Source: Squalus acanthias (lineage: Eukaryota). Taken from it: a stretch of DNA of 64,000 nucleotides. The first letter of the stretch is position 1, and each line of letters begins with the position of its first letter. The translations under genes and the position numbers were made by a program. The notes beneath the pieces are model-generated. The model did no database searches and had not been told where the DNA came from. It saw only the letters and a program-made list of their open reading frames with translations. This document shows positions 46,835-59,429 of the stretch, one piece after another. The stretch is taken from contig CM059432.1 of assembly GCA_030390025.1 (NCBI GenBank), positions 37,946,001-38,010,000 of the forward strand, in the 5' to 3' direction.

Positions 46835-49276
46835 CACCCTTTGAGTGTACTCTTTTGAGCAACCCATAAACAAATAGACTGTAACTAAACTTAAAACATT
46901 AAATTAAACTTAACAATTTAAATTGAAATTTGGTTGCTGGGGGTGATGATGCACTTCAGTCCCCGCGGTGCCCACCGGTCGCGGAAGACCTCGAGCGTGC
47001 CGGCGGACACCGTGCGCTCCATCTCCAGGGCCACCCGGGCACGAATGTGGCCGTGGAAGAGAGGCAGGCAGTCGGGCCGAACAACCCCCTCGACCGCCCG
47101 CTGCCTGGACCAGTTGATGCCCACTTTGGCCAGGCCCAAGACCAGTCCCACGAGGAAGTCCCCCGATCTGCCCGCTCCCCTCCGCACCGGGTGACCAAAG
47201 ATCAGGAGCGTGGGACTGAAGTGCAGCCAAAAATTGAGGAGCAGCCCCTTCAAATAAGGGAAGAGGGTCTGCAACCTCTCACACTCCTTATAAACATGAA
47301 ACACGGACTCCTTCAGGCAGCAGAAAAGGCAGGCGGCCTGGGAGTCCGTGAACTGACTTAAAACTTTATTGCACGAGACTGCCCCGTGTAACACCCTCCA
47401 GGCCAAGTCCCCAATAGATAAAGGGAGGACTCCCGTGTAGAGAGCACCCTTTGAGTGTACTCTTTTTATTGGGCACAAAACCAAATCACTGTAAATCAAT
47501 AAAACTTCAAAGGAAACTTAAAAAATTAAATAAAAATTTGGTAGCCCGGGGTGACGATGCACTCCAGTCTCCGCGGCGCCCGCCGGTCGCGGAAAAACTC
47601 GAGCGTGCCGGCGGACACCGCGTGCTCCATCTCCAGGGCCACCCGGGCGCGAACATGGCCGCGGAAGAGAGGCAGGTAATCGGGCCGAACGACCCCCTCG
47701 ACCGCCCGCTGCCTGGACCAATTAATGGCCTTCTTGGCCAGGCCCAGGAGCAGTCCTACGAGGAGGTCCTCCGACCTGCCCGCTCCCCTCCGCACCGGGT
47801 GACCGTAGATCAGGAGCGTGGGGCTGAAGTGCAACCAGAAATTGAGGAGCAGCCCCTTCAAATAATGAAAGAGGGGCTGCAACCTCTCACACTCAATATA
47901 TATATGAAAAACGGACTCCTCCAGGCCGCAAAAATGGCAAGCAGCCTGGGAGTCCGTGAACCTATTTAAAACCCTATTGCTCTGTGCAACACCCTCCAGG
48001 CCAAGTCCCCAATAGAATAAGGGAAGACTCCCGCGTAGAGAGCACCCTTTGAGTGTACTCTTTTGTTTGGGTACCAAATCAAAAAACTGTAAATCAATAA
48101 AACAATAAATGAAACTTAATAAATCAAATTAAAATTTGGTAGTCCGGGGTGACGATGCACTCCAGTCCCCGCGGCGCCCACCGGTTGCGGAAAAACTCAA
48201 GCGTGCCGGCGGACACCGCGTGCTCCATCTCCATGGCCACCCGGGCGCGAACATGGCCGCGGAAGAGAGGCAGGCAATTGGGCCGAACGACCCCCTCGAC
48301 CGCCCGCTGCCTGGACCAATTAATGGCTTTCTTAGCCAGGCCCAGGAGCAGTCCTACGAGGAGGTCCTCCGACCCGCCCGCTCCCCTCCGCACCGGGTGA
48401 CCGTAGATCAGGAGCGTGGGGCTGAAGTGCAACCAGAAATTGAGGAGCAGCCCCTTCAAATAATGAAAGAGGGGCTGCAACCTCTCACACTCTGTATAAA
48501 TGTGAAACACGGATTCCTCCAGGCCGCAGAAATGACAAGCAGCCTGGGAGTCCGTGAACCTATTTAACATCCTATTGCACGGGACTGCTCCGTGCAACAC
48601 CCTCCAGGCCAAGTCCCCAATAGAATAAGGGAAGACTCCCGCGTAGAGAGCACCCTTTGAGTGTACTCTTTTGGATTGGACAGAAACCAAATTAGCTGTA
48701 AATCAAATTAAAATTTCAAATGAGACTTAATAAATCAAATTAAAATTTGGTTGTCCGGGGTGACGATGCACTCCAGTCCCCGCGGCGCCCACCGGTCGCG
48801 GAAAAACTCAAGCTTGCCGGCGGACACCGCGTGCTCCATCTCCAGGGCCACCCGGGCGCGAACATGGCCGCGGAAGAGAGGCAGGCAATTGGGCCGAACG
48901 ACCCCCTCGACCGCCCGCTGCCTGGACCAATTAATGGCCTTCTTGGCCAGGCCCAGGAGCAGTCCTACGAGGAGGTCCTCCGACCTGCCCGCTCCCCTCC
49001 GCACCGGGTGACCGTAGATCAGGAGCGTGGGGCTGAAGTGCAACCAGAAATTGAGGAGCAGCCCCTTCAAATCATGAAAGAGGGGCTGCAACCTCTCACA
49101 CTCAATATATATATGAAAAACGGACTCCTCCAGGCCGCAAAAATGGCAAGCAGCCTGGGAGTCCGTAAACCTATTTAAAACCCTATTGCATGGGACTGCT
49201 CCGTGCAACACCCTCCAGGCCAAGTCCCCAATAGAACAAGGGAAGACTCCCGCGTAGAGAGCACCCTTTGAGTGTA
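46835..49276 (-). repeat. Array of four ~600-bp Tx1-clade 3' ends (zf-RVT domain + 3' UTR) separated by five identical 15-bp repeats
   Basis: CACCCTTTGAGTGTA at 46835, 47445, 48043, 48651 and 49262; units encode (LAWRVLHGA)...CxxC...ESVFH...EC. Confidence 0.92.
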
Positions 49277-51424
49277 ACGTCAAAGAGCTTGGGCTTTAAG
49301 ACGTGAATTAGGACGCCAATCATTTTTTTTGAGCAGTGAGCATGAGTTTTGCATGCAGTCTAAAGCATTAGTGCCTGGCGCTAATTATCCAACTTTTCTA
49401 CTGATACCGCCCATTCCTTGGCTATAATGAATTTCTAGCCCTCTTTGGTTGGAATTGAGAAACAATAAAGGAGATATTACGCTACTTGGTGTATTGTACA
49501 GGCCACCAAATAGTGGGAAGGAATTAGAGGAGCAGATTTGCAAAGAAATTACTGAGAGGTGCAAGAACTGTAGTGATAATGGGAGACTTTAACTACCGCA
49601 GTATTGAATGGGGCAGTGATTGTGTTAAGGGCAGAGAAGGAGAGGAATTTCTGAAGTATGTTCAGGAGAATTTTTTGATCAGTATGTTTCCTGCCCAACG
49701 AGGAAGGAGGCATTGCTGGATCTATTCCTGGGGAATGAAGTGGATCAAGTGGAGAATGTCACAGTTGGAGAGCATTTCGGGAATAGTGATCATAGTATCA
49801 TAAGATTTAGATTAGTTATGGAGAAGGACAAGGAGCAATCTAGAATAACAATACTTAACTGGAGGAGGGCTAATTTCAGCGATATGAGGAGGGATCTGGC
49901 ACGGGTAAATTGGAGTCAAAGACTGGTAGACAAAAATGTAATGGAGCAATGGGCGGCCTTTAAAGAGAGATGGTTCGGGTACAGTCTACGTACATTCCTA
50001 CAAGGGGGAAATAGGAGGGCAACCAAAACCAGAGCTCCCTGGATGACGAAGGAGTTGGAGAGTAGGTGAAGCAGAAAAAGGGGCATATGACAGATGTCAG
50101 TTCGATAATACAAGGGAGAATCAGGCTGAATACAAAAAGTACGGAGGAGAAGTTAAAAAGGAAATAAGAGGGGCAAAGAGACAGTACGAGAACAGATTGG
50201 CAGCTAACAAAATGGAATCCAAAGGTCTTCTATGGGCATATTAACAGTAAAAGGGTTGTCAGAGGAGCGGTGGGGCCGATTAGGGACCAAAATGGAGAAC
50301 TATTGGTTCAGGCAGGAGGCATGGCTGAGGTACTAAATGAGTACTTTGCATCGGTGTTTACCAAGGAAGAGGACTTTGCCAACGCTATGGTAAACGAGAA
50401 GGTTGCTGGATGAGATAAAAATAGATAAAGAGGAAGTACTGTAAAGGTTGGCGGTAATTAAAGTGGATAAGTCACCCGATCTGGATTTGATCCATCCTAG
50501 GTTACTGAGGGAAGGGTAGAAATTGCAGAGGTGCTGGCCACAATCTTCCAATCCTCCTTAGATACAGGGGTGGTGCCAAAGGACTGGAGCATTGCAAATG
50601 TTACACCCTTGTTCAAAAAAGGGGAGAAGGAAAAACTTGGCAATTACAGGCCAGTCAGTTGTCGGTGGTGGGGAAACTTTTAGAAACAATAATCCGGGAG
50701 AAAATTAACAGCTAATTGGACAAGCATGGACTAATAAAGGAGAGCCACCACATATTTGTTAAGGGCACATCATGTTTGATTAATTTGATTGAGTTTTTTG
50801 ATGAGGGACAGAGAGGGTGGATGAGGGCAGTGCAGTTGATATTGCGTATATGGACTTCAAAAGGCGTTTGATAAAGTACCACATACGAGGCTTGTTAGCA
50901 AAATTGAAGCCCATGGGATAAAGGGGGCAGTAGCAGCATGGATACAAAATTGGCTAAGGGATAGAAAACAGAGAGTTGTGGTGAATGGCTGTTTTTCAGA
51001 CAGAATGGACGTATACAGTGGAGTTCCCCAAGGTTCAGTACTAGGACCATGGCTGTTTTTGATATACATTAATGACTTGGACTTGGGTGTACAGGGCACA
51101 ATTTCAAAATTTGCAGATGACACGAAACTTGTAAGTGTAGTGAACAGTGAGGAAGATAGTAATAGACTTCAAGAAGACATAGACAAGCTGATGGAATGGG
51201 CAGACACATGGCAGATGAAATTCAATGGAGAAAAGTGTGAGGTGATACATTTTGGCAGGAAGAATGAGGAGAGACCATACACACTAAATGGTACAATTTT
51301 AAAGGGGGTGCAAGAACAGAGAGACCTGATGGTGCTTGTACACAAGTCTTTGAAGGTGGCAGGACAGGTTAACGAAGCAGTTAATAAAGCATATGGGATC
51401 CTGGGCTTCATGAATATAGGCTTT

Positions 51425-52268
51425 GGGCTGGATTTTCATTGACCCGTGGAGGCGGGTTTGGAGGCGTGTGGGGGGTTAAAGTTGCAGATTCGGGGGTCCT
51501 GACCCCATCCTGCCCCCAACCCGCCTCCATGCCAGTTTCGCTGGAGGCGGGTACCTGACCTGTGCTGGGACCCACCTCCCCGAGGCGGGAAGGGGATTAG
51601 TGACAATTAACTGCCTGTTAACAGGTAGTTAACAGGCAGTTTTTTGCCTAATCCCTATTTTAATGGCTGAAATGTGGGCTTCCCGACAGGTCCCAACCAC
51701 GCCGTTTCAGCGAGGCGGACCGTGGGTCTGCAGGGGTTGGAGGGGTCGATATGTCCGGTGGGCAGGTGAGTGATGGGTGCATGTGTGCAGAGGTAAGTGT
51801 GTAAGGTAAGTGTAAAGTGTGGGAAAAAGTTTTACTTACCTTAACTTCCTCCTGCAGGTGTCAGCCCTTCAGGTCTCAGGAGTCAGAAATCTCACCGGCA
51901 CAGAAAACAGAATGGCCGTTGAGCTGTCAAAAGTTGCAGCCTCTGTTTTCTGTGCTTGATTGATTTCTAACTCAGCCTGAGAGGAAGGACTCAAGTTAGA
52001 AGACAGATTGTCAGTGTTTGACAGCTTCACAGAGCTGTCAAACGCTGATATTTCATCTGTCAAAAGCTCTTGACAGATGAAATGTCAATCTGTGACGTCA
52101 CCTGTTGCCGGGTGGCCCTTAATTGGCCTGCTGAGCCCACTGGGCGGGCTCAACAAGGTCAATCAAGTGAAAATACAGTGGGTTGGCCACAAGTCGATGG
52201 AGGCGGGACTACAACCCAAAAAGTGGGAGTCCCGCCTCCATCCCGTCCCCAGTATCAAAATCCAGCCC
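51425..52268. mobile_element. Harbinger-type MITE, same family as 33295-33942 in the opposite orientation
   Basis: TIR GGGCTGGATTTT at both ends; subterminal sequence shared with 33295-33942. Confidence 0.8.
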
Positions 52269-53479
52269 ATAGAGTACAAAAGCCAGGAAGTTATGCTAAA
52301 CATATAGAAAACATTAGTTTGGCCCCAGCTGGAGTATTGTGTCCACACTTTAGGAAGGACGTGAAGGCTTTGGAGAGGGTACAGAAGAGATTTACTAGAA
52401 TGGTTCCAGGGATGAGGGATTACAGTTTTGTGGATAGACTGGAGAAGCTGGGGTTGCTCTCCTTGGAGCAGAGAAGGCTAAGAGGAGAATTGATGGAGAT
52501 GTTTAAAATCATGAAGGATTTAGATAGAGTAAATAAAGAGAAACTGTTTCCAATGGGTGAAGGGTCGATAACGAGAGGGCACAGATTTAAGGTGATTGGC
52601 AAATGAACCAGCGGCGACATGAGGAAAAACTTTTTACGCAATGAGTGGTTAGTATTTGGAATGCACTGCCTGATAGGGTGGTGGATACAGATTCAGTAGT
52701 AATCTTCAAAAGAGAATTGGATAAATACTTGAAGGAGAAAAAATTGCGGGGATATGGGGAAAGAGCGGGGGAGTGGGGCTAACTGGACTGCTCATTGAAA
52801 GAGCCAGCACAGACTCGATGGACCAAATGGCCTCCTTCTGTGCTGTGCTATTCTATAATGCTATGTGAATAGCTACAGTAATGAAACCAAATACAGCATA
52901 AAATAAACCCTGAGATCGCTGGGTGCACATGCAGCTATTTGCTGCACCTACCAGGCAGACACCTCTTTAAAGAACAGCAACGATTATGGCTGAATGGGCC
53001 AGCCATGCAGTGTCTGCTTTATATGAGCGCTAAGCTCCAGCAGCGCTGGTTAGGCACTGATGCCACATTATGGATGAAGAACTTCATTAACATTTATTCT
53101 TAGCTTTAATGAGCCCAGCACACATCTGATGTGCAACCACTTGGTGCCGCTGTATTATACGGAGTAACATACAGTGTTACAGGTGGTCTCAGCATCTGAA
53201 TATATGAGTCGCCTGCACCTAATATGCAATAGCACAATAAGTGCTGAGTGTTAATTGTACTTAAGTGGTGTATAGCAATTGAGTGTTAATTATATGCAGG
53301 TGATGGGAATTAATTGGCAACTCATTTGCTCTCATATATATGGAAGTAGGCTGGGGAAAGGTTGTGGGGTGGTACAGTATGTCTCTGTGAATAAAGGAGT
53401 CTAAAGATGAGGCTTTAGTTTTCCTACTGGCAAGTAGGGAGAAGGTGAGCAATTTGCTTGTTGGCCCTCTATTGGGAGA

Positions 53480-56400
53480 GGGAGAACTACAACTTCGACA
53501 ACAACTGGAAGAAAATAACATCTACTTGGAAGGAGAGAGACCACAACCAACTAAAGATCAACATAAGGTGGGTGTTGGTGCACTTTCTCTTCAAGGCTAT
53601 TACCTGTAGGTGGGGGGAGGGAAGAAGATAAAGGTTGAAAGATTGTGAGGGGAATGTATTTGCTCTTTCAAAATCAACTAGGCCGCACACACTTTTAAAC
53701 ACTGCCCCCGCCCCCACCTCCCTCCCTCTGCCCCCACCTCCCTCCCTCTGCCCCCACCTCCCTCCCTCTGCCCCCACCTCCCTCCCTCCACCCCCGCCCC
53801 CCCAAATTGCCTGGCCTGGGACAGCTGGAGCTGCCTGGGTGAAGTTTTTCTTTCTATTCCCATTAACAAGACTTGGTGGTGGACTGTGCCTGGGTGTTTC
53901 CAGCTGTCCCAGGTGAAGACACCTTCTCTCTTTCCCCCCCCCCCCCCCCCACCAGAAGAACATAATCGTAATAGACTTTGTGATTCCATTGGAAAGTGCA
54001 CCCCTGCAAGCAAGCACCCACCACTGAGTGGTGACCCTGCCCCTGCTCTCTCTCTCTCCCTCTCTGAGAAGCATCTCATTTTCTTAAATTGATTGATTAT
54101 TGAGCTTGGGGAGAAGGCCCCTCTCCCATCAGCATATAAAAGGGAGAGTTGTGTTTTCATTTGAGAACACCCTCTGCTCAAGGAGCATAAAACCTAAAGC
54201 CATAATTATGAACATCGGGCCTAAGACTTGGGGTGAGTGTAGCTCTTAAAAATAGAACAACCCTGCTATGGCGACTCCATCTTCACCGGTGGCGGGGCCA
54301 GCGAGGACATACGCAGGTGTGGCAACCACAGATGCTCCTGCTACCCCGTCACCTTTTAAACTAATTACCAAAAGCAAGAGCTACACTCACCCCAACATGA
54401 CAATCGAGGCTTGCGTGAAAGCCATGGCTGGGGTTGTCGGCCCCTCAGCCATCGTTGCAGCCTTGAAAATGTACGGGAAGGCGGTGTTCTTCCTGGGGTC
54501 GGAGCGTGTGGTGTCCCTGGCCCTTAATAAGGGGCTCACGGTGGGCGGGACCTTCCTGCCGGTGGACCCCCTTGAGGCTACCGCGCAGCGAATCGTACTC
54601 TCCAACGTCCCGCCCTTTGTCCCCGTTGAGCAGCTCCTTCCCCACCTACGTCAACTGGGGGAGGTGAGGTCAGGGTTGACGCCGATCCTGCTCAGCTTCA
54701 GGGAGGCCAGCCTCCATCACGTCTTCTCCTTTTTATTCAGCTGGCACGGGAGGAGGACACGGAGGGTGCATTTTTGGTGTACCGTGAGGGGACAGCCTAC
54801 TGCTTCTTCTGGATGTCAGACGGTGTACGGTGTCACGCCTGTAAGGAGGTGGGGCACGTACGTAAAAACTACCCCGTCACCAAGGCCGCTAAACCACCTA
54901 AAGCTGCCGAGGCTGGTGCTGCCAGCGCACCCCCCCCCCCCCCCCCCCCCCCGCCGTTCCTATCCGCGTGTCGGAACCAGTAGATGCGCGGGCGATGTTG
55001 GAGGCCAATACTATCGCGGCCTCCAGCGGGGGGGGGGAGGTAGAGCGCCTGAGCGGAAGGAAGGCGTGGAGAAAAAAGAAACCTCGAGAGGCGGGGTCCC
55101 TTGGACAACCCAAACAGCCCCATAACCGCGCTCATCCCTGGCCCCGTGGCGACCGTGAGCATGAGGGATCCTGTGCCCGAGCCCGTGACTGCAGCCACTT
55201 CTGCGGAGAATTTACAACCCGCCCGGGAAAGATAAAAAGAAGGAGGGGGCGGAGGCGGAGGCCGACATGAAGGTTTCCTTACCTCTGCATCCCTCCAGAA
55301 TAAAAAGGAGGCGCCGCTCCTTGGAAGCAGAGGAGGACCTGGAGGAGGGAGGTCCCTCCGTGCGGGAGGAGTCGGCGCCCGGCGCGGGTCCCCCCCCCCC
55401 CCCCCCCCCCCCCCCACCACCGTCACCAACATGCGCCGTCAGCAGGAGTCACCGGTCCCTCGGGAGGGTGAGACTGTTGCGTCTGTCCGGCCTGTGCCTC
55501 ACGGGGATGGGGAAGAAGCCCTGCCCGTGGGGTTTGCGGAACCGCCCACCATTGCTATCTCACCACAACCGCTACTCGTCGCCGGATCGGGCGTCCTGGG
55601 GGCTGAGACGGGCAAGGCCGATGAGGCTGAGCTCACCCAGTCACACCCCGACATCGCCCAGGAACTGCTCGACCTGGTGGAGGATTGTAATAAAAACAGC
55701 CCGCCCGCTGGGCTGGTGGCGGGGAGGGGGAGCGCCCCCTAACTCCACCTCTGAGGCTGGGGCCGGGTGTGTTGGAGGAACTGGGTATAGTTTTCTCCCC
55801 GGTTTCTCCATTCCGCCCGGTGCCTGGGGTGGAGGGGGACCCCTAACTGCTGCCACCTCCTGGCCAGGCACCCCCGGAGGACTCCTGCCGTCGATCCTGG
55901 GGCTGGGATTGTGACGGAGATAGGGCTGGCTGGTGTGGCCGAGCCATTCGCTCTACCCTGTGTGGTGGAAGGATCGGGCGCTGGCGATGACCTCCTGGAG
56001 GAGGAAGGGGGCTCGGTGGAGGGCACTGGGGATGATTTGGACTCCATCGCCAGCGAGGCCCCCACCGAGCCGCCCCTCATTCCCGTTGCGGAACTCCAGG
56101 AATTTCTGCTGGTATGCCTGGGTCGTCGAGACAAAATCCAGCGAGCCCTCGACAGGAGGTCAGAGCTGGTGCTGCTCATCAGGTCTGTCCACGCCGCTGT
56201 TAAGACCCTGGGCGCAGACAAGGATGCGCGCAACCGTGAGCTATGTCGGCTCAAGACGTTCCTCACTGAGCTGCTGAGGGAGTGGAGGATAACGCGTGAC
56301 TCCGCTCCCTCCCCACAGTAGATTAAGTAGAGGTTGCACTATGCTCTTGTCATGCAACCTCAACATCAACGGCATCAGAGAGGCGCACCGCAGATTTAAT

Positions 56401-58087
56401 AACTTCTCGATCCTTAAAGAAAGGAAGTATGTGGTGTGCTTCCTGCAGGAAACCCACACCGTTGCGGGAGATGAGGCTAAGTGACTCCTGGAATGGCGAG
56501 GAGGGGTCTGCTTGAGCCACCTCGCTACCACTTCTTGCGACGTGGCTATCTTGCTGGCCCCACATTTTCAGCCAGAGATCTTGGGTGTCAAGGAGCCTGT
56601 TCACCTGGGGGAACGTGCCGCTCCACCTAGTAAACGTACACGCTCCCCAGACCGGTGCGCAGCAAGTGCACTTCTTTGAAGAAGTGTCCGCTCTTTTAGG
56701 CTCCAACGACGCCAGCGAGTGCATTATCCTCGGGGGGGGGGGGGATTTCAACTGCACCCTCGAGGCGAGGGACCGTTCTGGTGCCCCGCACAGCATGGTG
56801 ACATTGGGGAAGTTGAGGGACCTGGTCGGGTCCGTCGACTTGGTGGACATCTGCCGAAATCTCCAGCCCGACTCCAGCGCCTTCACTCACGTGAGGTCTG
56901 GAGCAGGAAAGTCCAGAAACGCCCGCCTTTACATTTCCCGGGCGTACGTCTCCCACGTTTGGGCGACTTCCATGCGGCCGGTGCCATGCTCGGATCACCA
57001 CTGGTGCAGGCGGAGCTCGCTCCACCCCGCGCGGGGGTGGGGGGGTCTGCATACTGGCATTTTAACAACCTGCTGCTGAACGATGAGCAGTTCCACGATT
57101 CGTTCTGTTGATTCTGGACTGACTGGAGAAGGAAGCAGGGGGGCTTCCCGGCCTTGAGGCTATGGTGGGACGTGAGCTCTGTTCTCTCTAGATCCACAGT
57201 TTTGTGGAGGATGCTCACAGAGTTTTGTGGGAGGACCTGCCGAAGGGCAGCCCAGAGGGCGCCGAACAGCTTGATGCTCCACTCAGCCTGGCGGAGCCTT
57301 CGGCCAGCTCTCGATGGGCAAGTTCCCGGGGCTGGACGGGCTGACAGTGGAGTTTCATATAGCGTTCTGGGACGTCCTGGGGGGGCGACTACACACAGGT
57401 CCTGGGGGAAAGTCTGGCGACTGGAAGACGCCGCTCTCTTGTCACAGGGCAGTCATCGTCCTGCTGCCCAAGAGGGGCGATCTCCGCCTACTTAAGAACT
57501 GGTGCTTGGTCTCCCTCCTCGGCACGGACTGCAAGATCTTTGCCAGGACAATGTCTGCTCGCCTTGGCACCGTGCTGGCCCACATGATCTACCCCGACCA
57601 GTCCAACACGGTCCTGGACCGGACCATCCATGACAACATCCAACTGGTCCGGGATCTGGTCCACCACTCCTAGAGGGCTAGCCTGTCTGTCGCTTTCCTT
57701 TCCCTGGATCAGGCGAAGGCGTTCGACAAGGTGGATCACGAGTACCTTTTCGGGACTCTGCGCGCCTTTGGATTCTGGATGCATTTTGTCGCCTGGAGTG
57801 TCTGATTAAAGTTAACGGGTCTTTGATGGCGCCGTTTGCTTCGGGAGAGGGGTGCGTCAGGGATGCCCCATGTCTGGCCAGTTATATGCCATCTGCATGG
57901 AACCTTTCCTGTGTCTCTTGCGGAAGAGGTGACGGGACTGGCTCTGCAAGGGCTGGGGGTGGAGGTCGTCCTCTCAGCTTATGCCAATGAGGTGCTCCTC
58001 ATGGTCACGGATCTCATTGACTTGCGGAGGATGCGCGAGTGCCAGCAGGTCTACTCTGACACGTCCTCTGAGGATCAACTGGGATAA
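53480..58087 (+). mobile_element. Tx1-clade non-LTR retrotransposon, degraded and 3'-truncated; 5' boundary approximate
   Basis: ORF1 from 54268 (KMYGKAVFFL, IVLSNVPPF, CHACKEVGH); ORF2 from ~56340 (LNING, FLQETH, GDFNC, SDH, DQAKAFDKVDH, GVRQGCP); many frameshifts. Confidence 0.9.
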
Positions 58088-58089
58088 AT

Positions 58090-58433
58090 GTCTTGTTGCA
58101 GTTGTACAGGGCCTTGGTGAGACCACACCTTGAGTATTGTGTGCAGCTTTGGTCACCTTATCTGAGGAAGGATGTTCTTGCCATGGAGAGAGTGCAGTGA
58201 AGATTCACCAGACTGATACCTGGGATGGCAGGAATGACGTATGAGGAGGGATTGGGTCGATTAGGCTTATATTCGTTAGAGTTTAGAAGAATGAGAGGGG
58301 ATCTCATTGAAACTTATAAAATTCTAACAGGACTAGACAGACTAGATGCAGGAAGGATGTTCCCGATGGCGGGGGAGTCCAGAACCAGGGGTCACAGTCT
58401 AAGGATAAGGGTAAGCCATTTAGGACTGAGATG
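58090..58433 (+). mobile_element. CR1 internal fragment
   Basis: GMTYEEGLGRLGLYSLEFRRMRGDLIETYK...RTRGHSLRI. Confidence 0.85.
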
Positions 58434-59153
58434 GTTTTAGGGCACCCTTCCTCCTGAGCCAAAGCCACCGGAATCGTGGGCGGAGACTTGCGTGGGCGCG
58501 TGATGAGTTCAGTGGCGTTTACCGGGATCAGGGAGAATGGAGCTCCGCACCCCCGAGTGCTGACGTCCCATCTCACCCCTTTCCCGGCATCCTGCCACTG
58601 TTGTAGGAAAAATATGGATATACCCTTGGGGCAAACGTACTTCGATCCCCACATACAAACATATATTCCCTCATCCGGCTCCCACCATTTGTCCCAACAG
58701 ACTCTCAATTGTCCGTTAGTCCCCGTAATTGTCCGATGGGTATTGTTACCCAATCGTTCCCACTCGACCGAGGAATTTCTCAGTCTTGCTTAATTTCCGT
58801 AACCACCACCATCGGCTCAATGGGACGTTCCCATTGCACACCAAACAAATCCTTTTGCCGACGGTGACGCTGATTCTGGGTGCAACGATCCTCACCCTGG
58901 GACACAGTAAAGAAGTCTCTTGGTACGCAAACCCGGATGCGCTGGAGTATTCCGTCGAATTCGTTCCCAGCCATCCCGGCCACCTTCCCTTGTGGAAATA
59001 AGTGGCGGTTTCCTCAGCCTTTCGCTCCCCGGTCCCATCCGTCGCGATGGGGGCCGTGTCCCCGGAGCAACCGAACACAATGACATCCTTGGTGAGGCCC
59101 CGATAGGCCAATCCACATCCGATCGTTGCGAGCACCACCAGAATCCTTTCCAT
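58434..59153 (-). pseudogene. env: env 5' fragment (signal peptide + Ig-like domain), frameshifted
   Basis: MERILVVLATIGCGLA...CLVC...WWW...DEGIYVC...EEGCPKT, closely similar to the first env. Confidence 0.88.
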
Positions 59154-59429
59154 ATCTCCTGGTTCCTGTGATCAGATAAAATGATGTAGCCAGCCTCCCA
59201 AGAGTCTCTGGCTTTTGTGAAGGGTGAGCGGGTCCCTTGACCTCGTCTCCCGTACAAGACATGTATACTGGATAGATCTTAACTGTTCCTATCACTAACT
59301 CCCATCATTTTACCATTCACTTACAAAATTAAACTACATTCTTAACCGGGTAATTAAAACACTATATAAACCTAAACTTATCCTCCTAAAATAACTGTAC
59401 AGCGCCGCCTGTTCCCAGGGCGGCCTAGC

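Larger units (their letters stand above)
44098..49441. mobile_element. Harbinger/PIF DNA transposon with convergent transposase and Myb/SANT genes
   Basis: Imperfect TIRs GGGGAAAATTC / GAATTTCTAGCCC; interrupts CR1 cleanly; both hallmark genes present. Confidence 0.85.
43590..52865 (+). mobile_element. CR1 LINE ORF2, degraded, split by a Harbinger (44098-49441) and a MITE (51425-52268)
   Basis: Endonuclease start CMCVNAQS at ~43840; resumes at 49442 (WLELRNNKG); RT at 50.8-51.4 kb; C-terminus and tail at 52269-52865. Confidence 0.85.

Noticed and set aside
46835..49276. CRISPR array
   Set aside because: Eukaryotic context, no cas genes, repeats are only 15 bp, and the ~600-bp intervening units are homologous Tx1 fragments.
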